A stretch of DNA of 54,974 nt from positions 19,654,107-19,709,080 of the forward strand of contig NC_068994.1 of NCBI RefSeq assembly GCF_001194135.2. Direction: 5' to 3'. Position 1 is the stretch's first letter. Each line of letters starts with the position of its first letter. The translations under genes were made by a program, and so were the position numbers. The notes beneath the pieces are model-generated. The model ran no database searches and had not been told where the DNA came from. It saw nothing but the letters and a program-made list of their open reading frames with translations. Source of the DNA: Octopus bimaculoides. Taxonomy: Eukaryota. This document shows positions 49,393 to 54,974 of this stretch, piece after piece.

Positions 49393-50655
49393 CATATGTG
49401 CATGTATGTGTACATACGGCTATGCTTATATATATATATATATATACATACACACACACAAATGTATACATATAACCCAAATAAGTGAGTTTAGCACATC
49501 TTGTGTTCGTATATGTGCATATGAATATGTATATGTTTGTGTTATATGTTATTATGTGCGCACACAATGGATTTTCCATTTTCTTAGGCAACTCATGTGC
49601 CCCACACTTTTGATTTTCCACTCCCTCTGCATCCTGCACCACTCATCCTTGTCTCACTGCGTATATATCTTCTACTTTTCTGTTTCCCCTCTCAGCAGTT
49701 CCACGCATAATCTTACTGCATCCCTAATTTTCTATCATTTTTTTTTTCTTTTTTCATTTGCATCCGTCTTTAGATCTGCATCCTACTCTTTCTCATGCTC
49801 CAAACATCGTTGTATGTCTCACTCACTTTTGCTCTCAATTTGCATTTCTTACTCAAACGTCGTACGTCTACCACTCAATGCCTCCCGTTTTCTCTCCCCC
49901 TGTTTGAACTTGAGTCACTCTTGCATTCACTTATCGCCTTCTACCTTCCTCACTAACTCTCTCTCTCTCTCTCTCCTCTTCTATCTCTGAATAGTACGCC
50001 CCGCCTCTCTATCGAGCATTCTCACACTAACACTCTTCTAATTCACTACCTTCTCCCATTCAATTTAGCAGCTAACTCTCTCAATATAAGCAAAGCTACT
50101 CCTGATTTGGAGGAGACAACAGCAGGAATATTCAGAAAATGTGCTAAATATTTGTAAAAATAGAACAAAACAAAAACCATTGCAAAACTAACAAACAAAA
50201 CGTAGGTTTAAAATAAGGCGGATAGAGGAGACGTCAAGTTCAGCATATTGCCTCGGAAGATCTCTCCCTTTCTTTCTAAATACATATACCTACTTATTTA
50301 TCTTTATTTACTTATTTTAGAGAAGGAAATCTAGCTTCACATTAGAAACATGTCTGTAAAGTACTTGCTTTGTGTCCAAGTGAATAACTAACGAATGCTC
50401 TCGACTACTACTACTATACATATACAGTACTTTTTTTTTATATTCTTTTTTGCAAACTACAAAATTTACATAGGCGAACTTAATTGCTACTACATCATAT
50501 GATGATGAGCTCACATCAAATTATATGAACGCATTTTATCTATCTTTAGCTAGATTTATGTCTATATATATATAAAAAAGATATGAAGCATAAATATGTA
50601 TACATCATACATAAGGCATAAATATGCATATATCTATTTCTCAAAAGCACAAATG

Positions 50656-50686
<31 letters not shown>

Positions 50687-51238
50687 CTGATGTGTATATA
50701 AATACTATACTTTTTCATTTGTGAGCATGCAAATAATTATAATAAAAGATATGTGAAAGGGTGAGTACATATGGAATGAAGAACGTTTAAAATCGTTAAG
50801 AAATCAGATTAAATTTCGCCATTAATTAAACAAGAATAAGAGTTATTGGAAACACACCCCTAAAATGTTCTTTAAAATCTATGAAAAGTAGCTGACATTT
50901 GAGGAAATTTTCACAAAATAGGGCGATGAGAAGATAATCTATATAACTTCACTCGTAAAAAAAGTGGAGCTAAGATTGCAACAGAAGCGAAACAAGAACT
51001 GTTAATTAATAAGGTTATACAAATTGGAAAACGCTATGCTGCTGCAACACATACACAAAAATTATAATTTACAGGCAACCATTGTAACTCCTTCGAAAAG
51101 CTACGGGGGTGGGGGTTGAACTCTCAAAACTAATGGTTTACTAAATATGCCCTCTTTCCACGATATAATAATAATATACCTTTAGTTTCCTCTTCATCCA
51201 ACGAGAAAGAACAAGTGATATGTATCCATACACACACA

Positions 51239-51297
<59 letters not shown>

Positions 51298-54200
51298 TAT
51301 AAATTCCATAATAGGATGTATATATATATATGTATATAAAGAGGTAATTGAAACACAATCTGGAAAAGAGAAATTTCAATTGCAGTAATACTGCTTTTAC
51401 TTTCGGCGAATATACTGTTACGAAGTCATACTGATATAATAAAGCACACACATACACGTGTATATGTGTGTGTAAAATGGAATCTAGGATGAAAATAACT
51501 TACCAAAAATGTATCATCATCTTCTAAAAATAAATGATTTTTCCAACCTAGAACGAGCAAGGCATATATAAATAGAGCATTCGCTAACTCATATATACAT
51601 GCATGCATGTATGTATGCATAAACGAAATAAATATATGTACGCATGTATTTGAATTAGGCAAGCAGTGGGCTTCTGAAAGTGGTAATAATAAATAAAAGT
51701 AGTGGAGACAGTAGCAAACCAGAAAGAGAATGCTGCATGAATTCTCACTAAAAGCTGGCTGGCTCTGAATCAATCCCTAGTGAAGTAATATGAATTTTTT
51801 TCTTTTTAACAGCAAATCAAGAAAACCAAAGCGATCAGTCGAAATTTAATGATTAACTCTAACACCCACTTTTTATTATTTTCTTTTATTCTTAATTTAA
51901 AGAATTTTTCATAAGAACTAATAATAGGTGTGCGAGTATAACTATATAAACTGACATGAATAGGCGTATACATTTTACTTCCTACGTCGACGACTAACAA
52001 ATTCCACCCGTGTGTGTGTATATCTATATCTATATATATATATATACACACATACACATCGTACAGCATTATATAAATGAGGTGGAAGAAATGCTGTACA
52101 CAATGAATTTTTCTTGGTTAATCTAATAGCATAGTTACTTCTTAAATGTATCGAAGTACGTATACTTCAAATCAAATGTGAAACACTTTAGATCTTAAAA
52201 CAACTACGGCTACATTCGGTTTGTAATAAAATAAAAATGTAAAAAAAAAAGACATTATGAAATGTCAGACAGCAGTGTGTATGAGTGTGAAAGACATCCA
52301 AGGTGGTCAGAAAATGGGGATCAGATTATAATTATCATATATTACAAAATGAACCCTCATTTTATCCTTTTCGTTTCCTTTACTTCATCCCCTCCCTCTT
52401 TCGTGAAAGTATTTAATTCCGATTTTAACAATTTCATTTACGTTGTAGAATGAAATCTAAGGGAGAAAAAAAATGACATCAAAGCAATAGGAGAGTTCAG
52501 TAAAAAGAAAAACATACCCACAGGATACTTGAGAGACAATGATGCTAAATATATGTAAATATGAGGTAGTGTTCCTGAACAAGGAAACAATCGTGATGTC
52601 TTAACCACATTCAGTCTTGAATATAAACTACGTCCTTTCCACTGCCTTAGCATAGGGTTAGAGAGGAGGCATGGAACTGTCCTGGTTTTTTCTCTTTTTG
52701 TTCTTGTTTGTGCAGGCGATTCTTGAATACTACGCACTTCATAGGAACGAATAAATCATGATCGACGTATTCATTACTTGATTTGCATCAGGTCAGATCT
52801 AAACCAACATTAAATCATACAGCCTGGTTGGCTGGCTACTAGCAGACATCGACAAAACTACCGAAAGGGACTATTTTTCTTGTTCTCCTCACTATTTGGA
52901 CAAACCTCTTTCTTTTACTCTCTTGTTTCCTCTTTCTGTCGATTTTGATTTCCATTGCATAGTTTCTTGTGCTTTCTTTACTTAAGAGATACATAAGTAT
53001 TTTCACGACATTTTTCAGCGTTAAATTTTATTTACCTTTAAAAATTCTAACTTGAAATAGAAACAAAAGAGGAAAGCCGCACCGATGTCGTCGCTAGGAA
53101 GGTTACCTAATCGTCAGAGTCGCTCGAAACAACTGAGTTGTTTTGAATGGTAACATATGATTAACACTACATACATAATTCTACATTTGATAGTTAGAAA
53201 GATACAGAAATGTACTTACCAATTAAAAAAAAAACTACTTTAAAAAGCATGAATAATACGAAATTCCACTAGTGCCTCCCCAAGTTATAGGAGTATTTTA
53301 TCAGACGTCACCGGTGCAACTAATGAGTCTACTATGACAAATAATCCGGGACTCTCTCTCGGCATAAGAAAATTATTGACAAAAATAATAAGTCATAACT
53401 ATTCAGCCTGTTATTTTTTTGCCTTTTACATAGGACTGAATATAAAGCATAAACATGTGGCACTTAATATTCATTGATTGGTGACTTTAAGATTGGCCCT
53501 CTTACCATTTTCTATGTTAATTCGTATACCAAAGCTAGTACTTGAGTAAATTCTATTCATTATACACGTGAAAGCTACGTGGCTACAAGTAGAATATACG
53601 AATTATTCACTAGAAATGAAGTGAAAGAACGCTACAGCGAAACTACACTCCTTCCTTTTTATTTTATAATCATAAGGGAAACAATAATTTCTATTTTCAG
53701 TCCATTTAGACTAGAACTACTTTCTGTACAATTATTCCATTGCAGCTGTTGTTAAGATAAACTAATAAAAATGTAAGTAACAAACGGAAGGACGAAGAAA
53801 AGAATAGAAATATAAAAAAGAAGTGGAGTGAAAAGAAAAAGAAAACTGCTGGGTTTTTTTTAAGCTGACTGCAGTAATAGATATCTTAAGACATTTTAAC
53901 AAAACAAACCAAGTAAAACGATTAAAATTTCTATGAAATCAATAACATTATGAAAACTAAGACATTAAATAGCAACATCGTAACATAGTCCTTGAGATTT
54001 ACTGGATCAAACATACATGCGTATGTGTCTAATATATATGTATATCTGTGGGTATGTCTGTTCATTTATTGTTTATTGAAGATCAATGGACTTAGTTCGG
54101 GTTTTGATAAGGAAGATGGATGAAACAAAGCATTCTTTTCTCTCTGAACTACGCCTACTGTTAAAGTATGAACAAGAGCAGAAAATAAACATAACCAAAG

Positions 54201-54922
54201 TGAAAATAAATTATAAATATAAACAACGATAGGTAATCAATGAAAACGACTTAAATCTGAGACAATTCGTGTATAGAACAGAGAAATAATTTATTGAAAG
54301 AAATGAGTCACATGAATCTCAACAATATATAAAAAAAGTTCCTAAATAAGAAAGTAACTAATTAATAGATAAACAAAAGAAAACAATGACTACTCTCCCG
54401 GAACCATTAAGATGGTTTGCGTCTTCTTTGAAAGCACTAAACACTTTTTTAAAAAATCAGTAGTTTTGCATCGAGTTGTATTTATTTAAATGAAAATTGA
54501 ATGAGAATGAATTAAAATTTTAATATAGTCCTATGATAATTAAAATATGTGAGCTAAAACCGAAAATCACTTTCATTGAAATAAATAATTTCAACATTAT
54601 TTCAGTGTCCGAAACATAGAAACACACTAAAATAAAGAAAAAAAGTGATACACACACAAACGTATACGTTGTGTGTACACATTTGGTCATGTGTCTGTAT
54701 TTATAAGAATGTTGAATAGTCGATTAAATGTTCTTTCACGGCAACTTTACATCCTGTCTAGCCATTCTAACATCTAATAATTCAATTACACAGTGCTTTG
54801 CTGATAAGGTTCAGTAAGACGTAAACATGTACGGAGTTGTCATCCTATCAGTCAAAAATTACACTTACTCCTCAGTGCATTACGCATTTAATAAATTTAA
54901 ATTGCAATGTTGTTTTACATGT

Positions 54923-54974
<52 letters not shown>

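Overview
AT-rich animal genomic DNA with ten N-gaps and very dense (TA)n/(CA)n microsatellites. The repeat families and the C2H2 gene suggest a coleoid cephalopod, most likely Octopus (inference from recalled repeat motifs; no database search was run). There is one clear protein-coding gene: a minus-strand C2H2 zinc-finger transcription factor. Its ~1091-aa CDS (14642->11367) lies in one exon and encodes a ~750-aa Ser/Asn-rich disordered N-terminus plus 11 canonical and 1 atypical finger. A candidate non-coding 5' exon lies at 22.7 kb, and a CpG-retaining, strand-skewed region at ~34-38 kb may hold the 5' end. The rest is mobile-element debris: several tRNA-SINE families, TTAA/CCCTTT piggyBac-type MITEs, a Tc1/mariner MITE, a deleted mariner transposase, and RTE, Penelope-like and possibly R4/Dong and Helitron remnants. 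The most unusual signal is a cluster of four sequence-unrelated long fold-back inverted repeats within ~5 kb (39.5-44.7 kb), each next to (TA)n tracts. One of them is a mirrored compound microsatellite, which is hard to explain as a MITE. Almost all other ORFs in the track are microsatellite, gap or antisense artefacts.
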